DNA of 64,000 nucleotides from Nitrosopumilus sp. (GTDB lineage: Archaea; Thermoproteota; Nitrososphaeria; Nitrososphaerales; Nitrosopumilaceae): assembly GCA_965249555.1 (NCBI GenBank), contig OZ252243.1, forward strand, positions 2,144,001 to 2,208,000, in the 5' to 3' direction. Below are positions 18,000 through 28,731 of the stretch, piece after piece (the stretch's first letter is position 1; each line of letters begins with the position of its first letter). The notes beneath the pieces were generated by a model. It saw only the letters and a list, made by a program, of their open reading frames with translations. It ran no database searches and had not been told where the DNA came from. A program made the position numbers and the translations under genes.

Positions 18000-20572
18000 T
18001 TTTTCCTTGTTGGTTTTTTAGATATGTGATATGCTCCATTACGTTGACGAATAACAAATCCCCTTGAATCAATTTCATCAGATATTCTCTCTGCTAATTC
18101 TGGTTTATCATTATCAATGTGTGATTCCCATATGGCTAACAGCATCTGCTCAGTCAGACAACTAAGACTCTCTGAACTTAGTTTGTCATTAATAATAGAT
18201 GTATTTTGTTCAGTAACATCCTTTACAACATCATCAGTCTCAGAGAAAACTGGAGAACTAACTAAATCATCATTTTCAGCATCTATGTGTTCAACATCCA
18301 TCTTCTCTGATGCATTATTGGAATCTTTTGAAATGCTAGTTTCAGATTCTGTATTTGAATTCTGCACCACATCTGTCGCATCGCCCTCCATCTGATCAGA
18401 ATTATTCTCAGCCATTGGAAGGGACCATATTATCTTAGCACCAGGATTTTGTAGATTGGTATCAGGGTTTCCTATTTTGAATAGTTTCTTTTTTGATTGC
18501 AAATCAACTAGTGCATTTATGATGTCTTTTTGCTCATACTGATATGCCTTTTCAAGAATTGTATTTTGTGTGGTTTCTCCTCCCTTCCTGATGATTATCT
18601 CATAGATTACTGACTGTACCTCAGATAACGCACCCAATGTATGGTTTGCAGACTCTAGGGCATTTTTATCAAGAATCTGCAAGGCATAGTTTTTCTTCTC
18701 AATTCCTGCATCACTTAATGCCTTTTGTGTTATGTAACGGTCTTTTTCAGTAAACACCATAAACCACACAGAGTGTCCAAGCTTGATATTTTTCTCCCAG
18801 TTTACGTGGATCTGCTTCACATGTTTGCTTGGTGTGGCCTCAACTTCCAGTGCTATTGTATCCTCAGACCATTCGTGTGGACTGTACAGTTCTTGCTTAT
18901 GTTCACCCTTTACTATTTTTGGTGAAAAGATTGTCAGATCAGCCTTGCTTGCAGATTTTTTCCCCAAGTCAGGTATGCAGTATCGTCCTAAATTCATCTG
19001 TATGTTCATTACAAAAAAGATTGCAGCCAAATGCAAGTCCCCCCCACTTCTCCTACCTACTGCGGCTTCTGAAAATATTCTCTTGATTGCAGCATTTGTG
19101 ATTACATATCTTGATTCGAATTTGTCATCACCATCATGGGTGGTGACATTTTTTTTTGAAACAAAGTTGTTTGTGGCCATCAATGTGTCCAATAAGGCTG
19201 ATGCAATCTGACGTGGTGATGCATGGTATCTTCTTTTTATGGATGTGATAATCTCGTCTTTTGTCATGTCTCTGTTTTGCAATCTTAGTAGGTTCAGTAT
19301 TCCAAACTCCAATGGAGTAAGTAACACATCTGCATTCTCCCCAGCTTTGGTGTAATATTTGTCAAGTGACACATACTCTCCAAAATGATTCACACTGTAC
19401 TGTGCTGCTGTCTCATGTCTTGGTGGAATGGATAGATGTCTGGTTTTAGCAACTGCATGTGCTGGTTTATCCCCTGCCGAGTAAAATGAAAAATAGTGAA
19501 ACGATAACTGTTGTTGCTTTTCAGGAGATATTGGCAGTACTGCTTTTAGATGCAGTGCAGTCTTGCTATCACATCTAAAGCAGGCAATGGAACGGCATAG
19601 TGTCATGATTTCATCTGCCAAGTCTCGGTCAAGTGCAGAGACTGATTGGGTAGCAATAGTTGCCTTTATTCCATATTTCCGTACCGTATTTAGTAACGTG
19701 CGAACCATCTGCGGTGAGAACATTTGTACCTCATCTAGATACAGATTAAACGGAGAAAACGTACCATCAGGATTTCTCTCTCTTTTTCTATACCTCACAT
19801 AGAACAAATGCATAAACACATTTCCCAGGAACTGGACCATATCATCAGGTAGACCGCCACCAAGATCAATTATCACATACTTTCCATCATTAATCATATC
19901 CTTAAAATCCACTGATGATTTTTTGACATTAAACATTGCATCAAGTTCTGGAATGGTAAGCATCTTGTTTAGCTTGTTAAATATTACACCACCGGCTTCT
20001 TTTGGATACTGGTTATCGTACACATTACTGAAAAAATCCTTTGATTGTTTGTTTTGAATTTGCGGAATGAATGTCTCTCTAAAGCCCTTGTCAGTTAGTA
20101 GGTTTAGCATTGCACCTAGTGTGTCAGAGTTTGTTCCAATGACTCCCAATGCGCCGTTTCTTGCACATGTCTCAACTCTTGCTCCCCAAGAATTAGCAAA
20201 TGCCTTTGCCAGACATTCAGTAAAGTTTAGTGCAACCATTCCTGCATCATGAGGATCATCATTTTCTAATGGATTGAATCGTAATGTTTTTTCCCATTTT
20301 TTAATTGAGGATAAATTGATGTAGACTATTTTGTGATATTCTTCAGGCGGTATCATTGATAGTACTTCAAGGGATAACTCAGAGTGATTCTCAATTAGTA
20401 TGAAACCACGCTTTGCCAGAATATCTTGTAGCATTAACAATCTCAAGATTGATGACTTGCCTGAACCGATCTCACCTAATGCAAGTATGTTCTGTCGCAT
20501 CTTGTATGGTATTGATATTACCTTACCGCTGTCCAGATATCCAATTAGGGAATTCTCTTCTGCAAATGTCAT
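17996..20572 (-). CDS. virD4: VirD4/TrwB-like coupling ATPase with C-terminal extension
   Basis: Walker A GEIGSGKS, RFNPLE, Walker B LYLDEVQ, RKYG..ATQS. Confidence 0.85.
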   Translation of the reverse strand: MTFAEENSLIGYLDSGKVISIPYKMRQNILALGEIGSGKSSILRLLMLQDILAKRGFILIENHSELSLEVLSMIPPEEYHKIVYINLSSIKKWEKTLRFNPLENDDPHDAGMVALNFTECLAKAFANSWGARVETCARNGALGVIGTNSDTLGAMLNLLTDKGFRETFIPQIQNKQSKDFFSNVYDNQYPKEAGGVIFNKLNKMLTIPELDAMFNVKKSSVDFKDMINDGKYVIIDLGGGLPDDMVQFLGNVFMHLFYVRYRKRERNPDGTFSPFNLYLDEVQMFSPQMVRTLLNTVRKYGIKATIATQSVSALDRDLADEIMTLCRSIACFRCDSKTALHLKAVLPISPEKQQQLSFHYFSFYSAGDKPAHAVAKTRHLSIPPRHETAAQYSVNHFGEYVSLDKYYTKAGENADVLLTPLEFGILNLLRLQNRDMTKDEIITSIKRRYHASPRQIASALLDTLMATNNFVSKKNVTTHDGDDKFESRYVITNAAIKRIFSEAAVGRRSGGDLHLAAIFFVMNIQMNLGRYCIPDLGKKSASKADLTIFSPKIVKGEHKQELYSPHEWSEDTIALEVEATPSKHVKQIHVNWEKNIKLGHSVWFMVFTEKDRYITQKALSDAGIEKKNYALQILDKNALESANHTLGALSEVQSVIYEIIIRKGGETTQNTILEKAYQYEQKDIINALVDLQSKKKLFKIGNPDTNLQNPGAKIIWSLPMAENNSDQMEGDATDVVQNSNTESETSISKDSNNASEKMDVEHIDAENDDLVSSPVFSETDDVVKDVTEQNTSIINDKLSSESLSCLTEQMLLAIWESHIDNDKPELAERISDEIDSRGFVIRQRNGAYHISKKPTRKN

Positions 20573-20589
20573 TGTATTTACTATTATTG

Positions 20590-22446
20590 TTACGATAATT
20601 TGGGACGGAATAGTTTTAGTTGCTCCTCATCAGGCAAGATATTCACAGGTACCACATGGTCGCCATATGTAACTAGGGCCTGACCAATGTTAAATCTCAT
20701 CAAATCATTTAATGCTGTCTTTGATAGGCTAAAGTTCTCACTTACCGCACCTATTGTAACCTTGTTTTGTTTCAAGAAAATTACAGTATCACTGTTCACT
20801 ACTACAGTCTTTGCGGAATCGTTTTTCACCAAATCCTCCATGTTTTGAGTGGCTAACATCATGTACATGTTGTATTTTCTGCCCCTCCTTGACATGTTCT
20901 CAATGTATCCTGCTAGAGATTCGTGCTTGAATAGCATCCACACTTCATCAAGCATTACTAGTTTTGGAATTATTTTGGGCATGCCAATGGTACGACCCAG
21001 TGCATAGCTTAGTGATATCTGAGTGATTAAACGGTGCACCATACCTCCTGCACTGCCGATATTTTTGAGTGATATTATCATCTTGTCAGTCTTTGGTGGT
21101 TCTCCTTCAAAGAAATTCCTAAATGGTGCTTTTGTTAATGGTCTGAAATATCTTATTACAGTTTCATCAGGACATAATTTTTCTAAAATATCATAGAATT
21201 TGAAAAAACTTCTCTTGGATAATTGGGTAGTTGTCATTTGTGACGCTGCTTCTTGCGCATATTCCCTGTCTAGTTCTGGAATGTTTAATGCCTGACACAG
21301 AGTTTCTGTCGCATTGTACACATCAGGTATCATCTTGAATATGTCAAGGCCTATCTTTACATCAGGGGTGTAATCCACATAGGAGAATCCCATGTTGTCT
21401 CCAAGTGCTCTGTATTCCCCTTCAGGGTCTATTCCAAAGATGAATGATTTGGGATACATCTTCTCAAAGCAGTGAATGATTAGCATTGCAGTAGTGGTTT
21501 TTCCTGAACCACTGGGGGCAACAAGTACCATGTTTTTGTTCATACGATTTTGTGGATTCCACTGGAACGGATAACCTGTATACATGTTGATTCCTAAAAG
21601 AAATCCCCCCTCTTCGTACAGCTCTGATGTGTAAAATGGAACGAATGCTGCAAGTGAACTTCGAATTACTAAAAATGGCGAACCAGTTTCTCCATGTAAC
21701 ATTGATTTTTGTATGTGTTTTGCAGTGTGGAGAATTAATCTGGAACTGGTTTTTTGCTCAAATATCTCTTGTTGTTTTTTTAGATTATCAAGAGAATCTG
21801 CAAGTATTGATACGTTAATCTTTATCATGAACAGCCCCTCATTGGTATTCTCTTTGAGAACCAACTCCCTTATTGCCAAAATATCATCAGTGTTTACCAG
21901 ATCAGTGCTTGATGCTTCTGATAGTTTTGATGATTTATGATTGTTAATTACTGATTTTTGTTTGTCTTTATTGATTGGCTTTATGTGCATTTTTACTACA
22001 TCTGCCATTGCATATACAGAATAAATCCATCCGGGGCTTAGTTCACCTGGAATTACTGAAAGGGCATATGTCTTGCAGTATAATCCTTCTTCAGTTATAC
22101 AATAATCAGGATACTCTTTTTGGATATCCCATTTTCTGGTGTCAGTTTTGCTATATTCTATGTCATGCTGTTCCAGTATTGGTTTGATGTCTTCAGCTGT
22201 GTTTAGAATTACTCTGTCAAACTTGCAGGACCGTATGGTTTTGTGAAACAGCAGATCCTCATAGTCTCTGACCATCTCAATGGTACATGGCTCTTGTAGT
22301 CCGTTTATGCAATCAATGAAATTGCCAATGATCAGGTCCTTTTCTGATATATCTGATACTGACTTTTCATCAGAAGAGTATAGTAGATTTTTAGGAGATA
22401 ACAAATAAGAGTTGATCTCTTGCTGCTGCTTTTGCTTTTTCATCAA
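20590..22446 (-). CDS. virB4: VirB4-like T4SS ATPase
   Basis: APSGSGKT, IDPEGEY, LDEVW, RRGRKY..ATQ. Confidence 0.85.
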   Translation of the reverse strand: MMKKQKQQQEINSYLLSPKNLLYSSDEKSVSDISEKDLIIGNFIDCINGLQEPCTIEMVRDYEDLLFHKTIRSCKFDRVILNTAEDIKPILEQHDIEYSKTDTRKWDIQKEYPDYCITEEGLYCKTYALSVIPGELSPGWIYSVYAMADVVKMHIKPINKDKQKSVINNHKSSKLSEASSTDLVNTDDILAIRELVLKENTNEGLFMIKINVSILADSLDNLKKQQEIFEQKTSSRLILHTAKHIQKSMLHGETGSPFLVIRSSLAAFVPFYTSELYEEGGFLLGINMYTGYPFQWNPQNRMNKNMVLVAPSGSGKTTTAMLIIHCFEKMYPKSFIFGIDPEGEYRALGDNMGFSYVDYTPDVKIGLDIFKMIPDVYNATETLCQALNIPELDREYAQEAASQMTTTQLSKRSFFKFYDILEKLCPDETVIRYFRPLTKAPFRNFFEGEPPKTDKMIISLKNIGSAGGMVHRLITQISLSYALGRTIGMPKIIPKLVMLDEVWMLFKHESLAGYIENMSRRGRKYNMYMMLATQNMEDLVKNDSAKTVVVNSDTVIFLKQNKVTIGAVSENFSLSKTALNDLMRFNIGQALVTYGDHVVPVNILPDEEQLKLFRPKLS

Positions 22447-22815
22447 AAGGAATGGAAAATTTTGAATAAAAAGGGAGATTAACTTGGAATGATTTTTCGA
22501 GAATCATGTCAGGGGATTATTACAAAATTGTAAGATCAGACATCAGATTCATTTATCATAACTTTCAAGTTTTCAGATGACAAATTCATTATTTTTTTCA
22601 ATGAAAACAGCCATGGGGTTGATTTTATTGTGTTTTGTTTCCGTCTTTTTCCAACATCTTACATAGTTCTTTGTCCTGCTTTGCCTTATCTTTGATTGAA
22701 TCAAGATATTTTGTTTTTAATCAAGCCCAACACGTTATACTCTCTTCTTCACATTCTGCATCAGATAATTTTAATCCCAAATCATGATTCCAAAATATAA
22801 CAGCATTGTTTGTTG

Positions 22816-22875
22816 GGGATTGGTAACTTAACGGGAGCTGTTTTCTCGTGGAAAGTGTCGGGAACTGACGTTTTG
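22816..22875. repeat. 60-bp dispersed repeat, copy 1
   Basis: Matches 27238..27297 with one mismatch. Confidence 0.85.
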
Positions 22876-22913
22876 TATGGCTTTAACATTATCGAGAGAT
22901 AATATGGATCTTC

Positions 22914-23255
22914 TCTCCCATACGAAATCATCTCCAATTACTGCAGACACAGTGTACTTTGTACAATCAGGATATCTTTGATCTGTTTCTTTTACTTGTG
23001 TCAGTTCATGATTTTGTGTATAATACACTTTCAGAGTTAGCATGTGCCCGGATTGTTGCAAGCATCCGGTCTTGCAGCTGCCACCTTTGTTTTCTTCTCT
23101 TTGCAATTCTGAAATAGAATGATTCCATTCTTTCATCAAATCGTACCATAGTATTTGCAGAGGATTTCGTATGGGGCATATATGAGATGTCCTGATTCAG
23201 CAAAGCACGCTAGGAAGTGTCCTCAGTAGGGTTGGAGACGATTTCGTATGGGAGA
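22914..23255 (-). mobile_element. Internally deleted IS/MITE with 24-bp terminal inverted repeats, probably IS1595-derived
   Basis: tctcccatacgaaatcatctccaa and ttggagacgatttcgtatgggaga; remnant IRAHANSESVLYT. Confidence 0.6.
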
Positions 23256-23386
23256 ACCGATAATCACTATACTTTTAAAATAGTATTAGATCTGGACTCT
23301 TAATGATAAATAACAAAGGAATAATGACTTCAATAGTAGTATTGTTGTTGATACCATTTATGGCAACAACAACATAGCAGACGAAC

Positions 23387-24148
23387 TTGGACTTCGCTAA
23401 AACATCAACAGTATCCCTTTTCTTTTTTTTATTACTTTTTGTACCTTATGAAGCAGACGCAGAAAATTGTGAGAATATAGTTTTACATAAATTATCTGTA
23501 CCAAAAACAGTATGTGTAAGTAAAACTACCGCAGAAAAACTAGTCGATAGAGGTTGGGGCGTAACTGATTTAGAATTTAATATGCGTATTATTGATGTTG
23601 TTGATAAGATAAACAGTTGTACCATACTTTTTGGACTTTATGACGGCTATATGAAATTGAGTGGCTGGTATACATTAAAAGAAATGAAAGATTGTCTCGG
23701 AATTGACATTCCAATAAAGTATGAGCAAATCCAAGATGAATTCATAACTATTACTAGTATAGGTTTTGCATATGATCCTGGTTTTAGTCTTTTACTGGTA
23801 TTTGATAAAAATTGTACACCAGATGTATTCTCCACAAATGTAACTGCGCTTAGTTTAAACTCTACTGAAACAATCTGTTATGATTCGGCTGTTGATTATG
23901 GAAGTAACAGATCATCAGGTTGGGTGGCATCTTATAATATTGAAAAACCTATAATGGATTACATTGCAAAGTCAGAAAATAAATGTGATTTTCTAGATCT
24001 TCCAATCTTTGAATTATTTGATGGCAAGTATGATGACTTGTTATTAGCAATATGGGATAATGATACTCCACAACGATATGTTTTTCTTGAGTGTATTGGA
24101 GATAAACTTGATACCAATATATTTTCTGATATGTACAACACGTCCTAA
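23387..24148 (+). CDS. Secreted hypothetical protein
   Basis: Signal peptide; VCVSKTTAEKLVDRGW thaumarchaeal-type motif. Confidence 0.65.
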   Translation: MDFAKTSTVSLFFFLLLFVPYEADAENCENIVLHKLSVPKTVCVSKTTAEKLVDRGWGVTDLEFNMRIIDVVDKINSCTILFGLYDGYMKLSGWYTLKEMKDCLGIDIPIKYEQIQDEFITITSIGFAYDPGFSLLLVFDKNCTPDVFSTNVTALSLNSTETICYDSAVDYGSNRSSGWVASYNIEKPIMDYIAKSENKCDFLDLPIFELFDGKYDDLLLAIWDNDTPQRYVFLECIGDKLDTNIFSDMYNTS

Positions 24149-25004
24149 AACTGATCATTTTGCGGATATCTGATGATAATATGAAACCAACAATAACAAC
24201 CCAGACATGTATTCATGATTCACAAAGAAATATCAGACGCTCAATGGAGCACAGTTGCATCACATCTGCCAAAACCGGCAAGAACCGAAATACTAAGGAA
24301 CAATGACAGGACAGTAATCAACGGAATATTATATGTGTTGACTACTGGTTGCAGGTGGGCAGACATACCAAAGAGATACTGCTCAAAATCCACCGCGCAT
24401 CTGCGATTCCAGGAATTTCAAAAGAGAGGCATTTGGAAAAAGATCCTATCCAAGCTAGCCAAATCCGCACACAGACAAGGAAAGATCAAGCTGCAAAAGA
24501 TTTCAATTGACTCGTTATCAATTGCTGCAAAAAAAGCGATTTAGTGGAATATGACGGATTCAAAAGGATTTTAGGCACAAAATTGCATGTCGCAGTGGAG
24601 AAGACAGGACTGCCGGTTTCAATTCTGTGCAGTCCTGCAAATGTCCATGACAGTACCAAGTTCATCGATGTGCTAGAAAACATCTCAGATTTTCTTGATG
24701 ATGATGCACTCGCAAAGACCGTATCGGCATATGCAGACAAGGGCTATGATGCTGCATACATCAGGGATTATCTCAAGTGCCATGGAATTGGCTGCAGCAT
24801 TCCCTACAAAAAAATTCTAAATCCATCACCCCGAAAAATCGTAAAAACAATTACAACAAGACAAGGTATGTCGTGGAGAGGTTCTTTGCATGGCTCAAGT
24901 GCGGGTTTAGAAGAACTACAATCAGATACGAAAGGAATTGCGAGAACTATCTCGGACTCGTGTATCTGGCATCAATTATTATGTATTGGAGGGTTATAGG
25001 ATGA
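24141..25004 (+). mobile_element. IS5-family element with a frameshifted transposase
   Basis: NGILYVLTTGCRWADIP, KLHVAV..G.P..NVHD, ADKGYD, VERFFAW..RR..RYER; A7 slippery run at ~24529; ends cgtcctaaaac and gttataggatg. Confidence 0.85.
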
Positions 25005-25304
25005 GTTGTGGATATTATGATGTTGCAAAACACATGTTCATATCTGACCCTATGGATAAATTTGGAAATAAAATCAAAGATGTTCTAACGGTTCAATCAA
25101 AAGAGGTTTTGCAGGATTTGGTTGTTTGATTATTTTAAAATAGGTTCTAAATCTTCTTTAGTTGTTTCGTAATCTTTATCAACAAAATCAACAGAACCTT
25201 TAGGTTCAATCATATATGCCAAAGGATTTTCATCACAATCATAAATATCCTTAATACTATCTTCAGTCATATCAACATTATGAGATCTTTTATTGTTTAA
25301 ATTT

Positions 25305-25750
25305 GGTGATTAGGTACCTACTGCCCCTAACATATTTCTCAACAATAAATCAAACAAATTGCAATCCCTATTATTGTATCTCCATTCCATCTCCTTGAGG
25401 TACAGTAAAAATTTGCCTGGACTCACCCATGATGCTTTGCCATGTTCTCTTTGGCAAAACTCCAAAAGCCTTCAATTCCATTAATGTAAACATCCCCTTT
25501 GCCAAACATCTTGTTGTGATCTACTGAGAGATGCTTGTATCCATTGAACACAAGCGAGTCATATCCCTTCCACTTGTCAGTGTACATGATGCTTCCTTTT
25601 TTCACTTTTCTAATTGTACTTTTCAGAAGGGTTTTAGCTTTTACATTATTTACTATCTCAACGTGAACCCTTCCATTTCTCTCTAAAATGCCAAACACAA
25701 TGGTCTCTGATGCAGTCTTGGCAGATACGGATAGCTCAAAGAGCTTGATC
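25305..25750 (-). mobile_element. IS1595-family remnant (C-terminal part and one end)
   Basis: YTDKWKGY and NGIEGFWS; end matches 41293. Confidence 0.85.
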
Positions 25751-27233
25751 AGTGAGTTGCAGTATGAATTCTTCCCTCCATATCATAAAGACAAATTTCT
25801 ACACCACTTAGCCAATCAATATTGCCATCTATATCTTCATATTTCAAATTACCAAAAATAAGGGAATCCCCACCAGTCCCATAGGCTAGTGAAAGAGACC
25901 AGTATAGCGGTGGAAAAAACGATTGAGTTCTCAATCTGTCCTCAAATTTATCCAGAAATTTCTGAATGAATTCATCATCCAGTCCCATATCTCTCATGGA
26001 TACTTCTACGCTTTGATCAGGGTAGCTTGACTGAAGAAATTCCAAAAGATCTTCCCATTGTCTATCTGAAATATAGTCTGAGTCTTGGTATGGCTCTTCT
26101 ACTATGAGATATGAATGCTGCTCAAAGAATCCTTCCTTGTATGGAGATGTTCCAGCAAATCCAGGATATGCTTCAAAGAATCCTGTTATATAATCCTCAT
26201 CAAGGATAGATTGTCTACTTAACCATCCTTCATAATTATCAGGTACCTCAGGATATGAATCTATAAGATATTTTGCAAGAGCATCATATGTCGGAGGACT
26301 GTAAGAATCTTCATTATGTACAATCATTAATTCATGATATTGCCCAAGTTGGCTTGGACCTTCACCAATCATGTATACTGGATCTTCACTAAGATGTACT
26401 ATATTATCAGGTGCAATATAGTAGTAAATTCTTTCATCAGATGATGGTATATAGGTAACATATATCTCACCATAATTGTAATCAACATTTGGTTGATTAA
26501 TTACAAATGAGAATATTTCTTGTTGTGGAGAAGTGTTATCATACATTGGTTGAACACTTCCTGTTTCAAATGTTCTAGGGAAATGAGTCGTATCAGTACC
26601 TACGCCATCAGATATGTAATCAGGTCTGTTTAAAAGTTTTACATACGTAGGATGATGAATGAAAATACTATATTCACCACATCTCTCTACTGGACATTCA
26701 AATTCTGAATCTTCATAATCTTCAAAATCTACACCAAATTCATCATCACCATCTGATGGTACAATAAAACTATAATCTAAGACAACATTAAAAGACTCTC
26801 CTACTCTCACTTCTTCTGGAAAAGTCAAAGTATATTGTGGCCAAAAAGGTTCATATGATCCAAGTTCACCTGTACCGATTTCTTTTCCAATATTAGTCAT
26901 AGATATTTTTTTGTCACTTGATGAGATTTCTGAATTTACTATTTTAGATGGAGTCAATTGAAAATCTGATTGAATAATTTCCCAACCATAAGATTCTAAT
27001 TTCTTTGCTGTATTTTCATTTACACAAGCTGGAGTATTTCGTGGCGATTCCATTAAAATTTTCGAACCATTACATTGAATTTCATTAATTGGTATTCTCG
27101 AACTGAATTGTTGTAGTGGTGATAAAGTTTCTGATTCTGCAAGTGCAGGCATTGCACTTAATCCGATAGCAATGACTGCAAGCAGTATTGATGTTGTTAT
27201 ATTATTCAATAATTTATAATAGTATAGAAGCAT
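25749..27233 (-). CDS. Secreted protein, probably truncated by IS1595
   Basis: Signal peptide and LSPLQQF..IQC..TPACV domain shared with 51796..52872; stop abuts the IS remnant. Confidence 0.7.
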   Translation of the reverse strand: MLLYYYKLLNNITTSILLAVIAIGLSAMPALAESETLSPLQQFSSRIPINEIQCNGSKILMESPRNTPACVNENTAKKLESYGWEIIQSDFQLTPSKIVNSEISSSDKKISMTNIGKEIGTGELGSYEPFWPQYTLTFPEEVRVGESFNVVLDYSFIVPSDGDDEFGVDFEDYEDSEFECPVERCGEYSIFIHHPTYVKLLNRPDYISDGVGTDTTHFPRTFETGSVQPMYDNTSPQQEIFSFVINQPNVDYNYGEIYVTYIPSSDERIYYYIAPDNIVHLSEDPVYMIGEGPSQLGQYHELMIVHNEDSYSPPTYDALAKYLIDSYPEVPDNYEGWLSRQSILDEDYITGFFEAYPGFAGTSPYKEGFFEQHSYLIVEEPYQDSDYISDRQWEDLLEFLQSSYPDQSVEVSMRDMGLDDEFIQKFLDKFEDRLRTQSFFPPLYWSLSLAYGTGGDSLIFGNLKYEDIDGNIDWLSGVEICLYDMEGRIHTATH

Positions 27234-27237
27234 ATTA

Positions 27238-27297
27238 GGGATTGGTAACTTAACGGGAGCTGTTTTCTCGTGGAAAGTGTCGGGAGCTGACGTTTTG
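27238..27297. repeat. 60-bp dispersed repeat, copy 2
   Basis: Matches 22816..22875. Confidence 0.85.
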
Positions 27298-27653
27298 AAT
27301 CAGGGGTCTATTATAGTGACATAGACATGAAATCACAATCTTATTCAGATTCAAAAATTAAAATGGAATAAAAAGAATCAAAAGACGGTTCAGAGCAAAG
27401 CCTAATCATCACGATTGGCTTCAGACTAACGCTTTCTTTATTCCGGGATGGGAAAATAGGCTAATCTATCATGTCCCGAATCAAACACTTTTGGAAAATA
27501 CCCATAATATCGAAATTGGGATTTTCCATGTCCCTAATCAAACAGCAGGTGGAAGTGTCCCAAAGTTTGAACAGTACCATATTCTACCACTCGCAGATTA
27601 CACAGACGTTATACGAAATCTTTTTCATATCTTGTGATGTATACCTACTGTTG

Positions 27654-27770
27654 GGCCTGAGAGTTGAATGAATACTGCCATGTACAAGGACGTTACACAG
27701 ACTAACTCAAAGTGAGCGGAAAACAAAATACCACATAGATGGCAAATGGGAGCATTCCGCTAGATCAGGC
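27654..27770 (+). ncRNA. IS110 bridge-RNA-like structured region
   Basis: gcctga/tcaggc closes two stem-internal-loop-stem arms (gagtt/aactc; agcggaa/ttccgct) upstream of an IS110 ORF. Confidence 0.6.
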
Positions 27771-27797
27771 AATTTGATCAAAAAGGAGGTGATGGTA

Positions 27798-28087
27798 TGA
27801 TCAGCATAGGAATTGATGTTCACAAAATAAAATGTGTTGCAACAAAATAGGAATCCAGAAAGAAGCTAGAGCAGACAAGCTTTGATAATACCACAAATGG
27901 AATAATGGGTTTTATCAAACATATCAAAAAGACATATGGCAATGACATACAGGCAGTGTGCGAATCAACTGCAAACTATTGGATCAGACTACATGACACA
28001 CTAGAGGACCATGGAATTGATACAATTCTTGCACATCCTGCAAAGACCAAGATAATTGCACAGGCAAAGCTAAAAAACATACCATAA
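27798..28087 (+). pseudogene. IS110-family recombinase N-terminal fragment with in-frame TAG
   Basis: IGIDVHK and VCESTANYW; truncated before KxDxxD. Confidence 0.85.
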
Positions 28088-28095
28088 ATGGAAAA

Positions 28096-28314
28096 CTAGC
28101 GTGACTGAATTTCAGGTTTTGATTTTATTATTGCATTTATTGCTTCCTCTGGCATTGACTGAGAAAACAATACCTCAAATCCAACTGCTCTGCCATTTTC
28201 ATCTATATCCAAAAACCTGTCTTTACCAAGAGGGATAGTCTTTGATACTTTGGAATCCTCAGATATGCAAAAATAGGCTACTTTTGTCTGATTATCATAT
28301 CTTACTAAAGCCAA
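28096..28314 (-). CDS. DUF2283-family putative antitoxin
   Basis: YDNQTKVAYF...LDIDENGRAVGFEV. Confidence 0.8.
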   Translation of the reverse strand: MALVRYDNQTKVAYFCISEDSKVSKTIPLGKDRFLDIDENGRAVGFEVLFSQSMPEEAINAIIKSKPEIQSR

Positions 28315-28570
28315 TTGCTCTCAAGCCTCCTTTGTCAGTGTACATGGAAGTAATAACTACCATCTTTGTATTAAACTTGTTATATATCACAACCAAATAT
28401 GCCTGTCCATTAACTACTGGCTCATCTACGTTTGCAAAACTCTTGTAGTTTTGCCTATCTGAATCATAAATGGTTTCAGTGGGGCTGTTTATGATTTTTT
28501 GAATCAAATCCTTTGTGATGCCTCTTTCAATCATCCGTTTTAATGCATGATCACTAAATATAATTCTCAA
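28295..28570 (-). CDS. DUF4258-family putative RNase toxin
   Basis: FSDHALKRMIERGIT...VVITSM; paired with DUF2283. Confidence 0.8.
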   Translation of the reverse strand: MRIIFSDHALKRMIERGITKDLIQKIINSPTETIYDSDRQNYKSFANVDEPVVNGQAYLVVIYNKFNTKMVVITSMYTDKGGLRAIGFSKI

Positions 28571-28731
28571 TGATTATTCTTAATTCTAGTTGCAAATAAA
28601 ACTTGAGACAATCCTAGATACCATATGTTTTTTGTTTCCAAAATATAGCACCTGATGTGACTTTCATGATGGTTTACCAATAATAAATCTAAGATTGGAC
28701 TTTCAATTATTTTCTTTCCAAGTTACCAACA

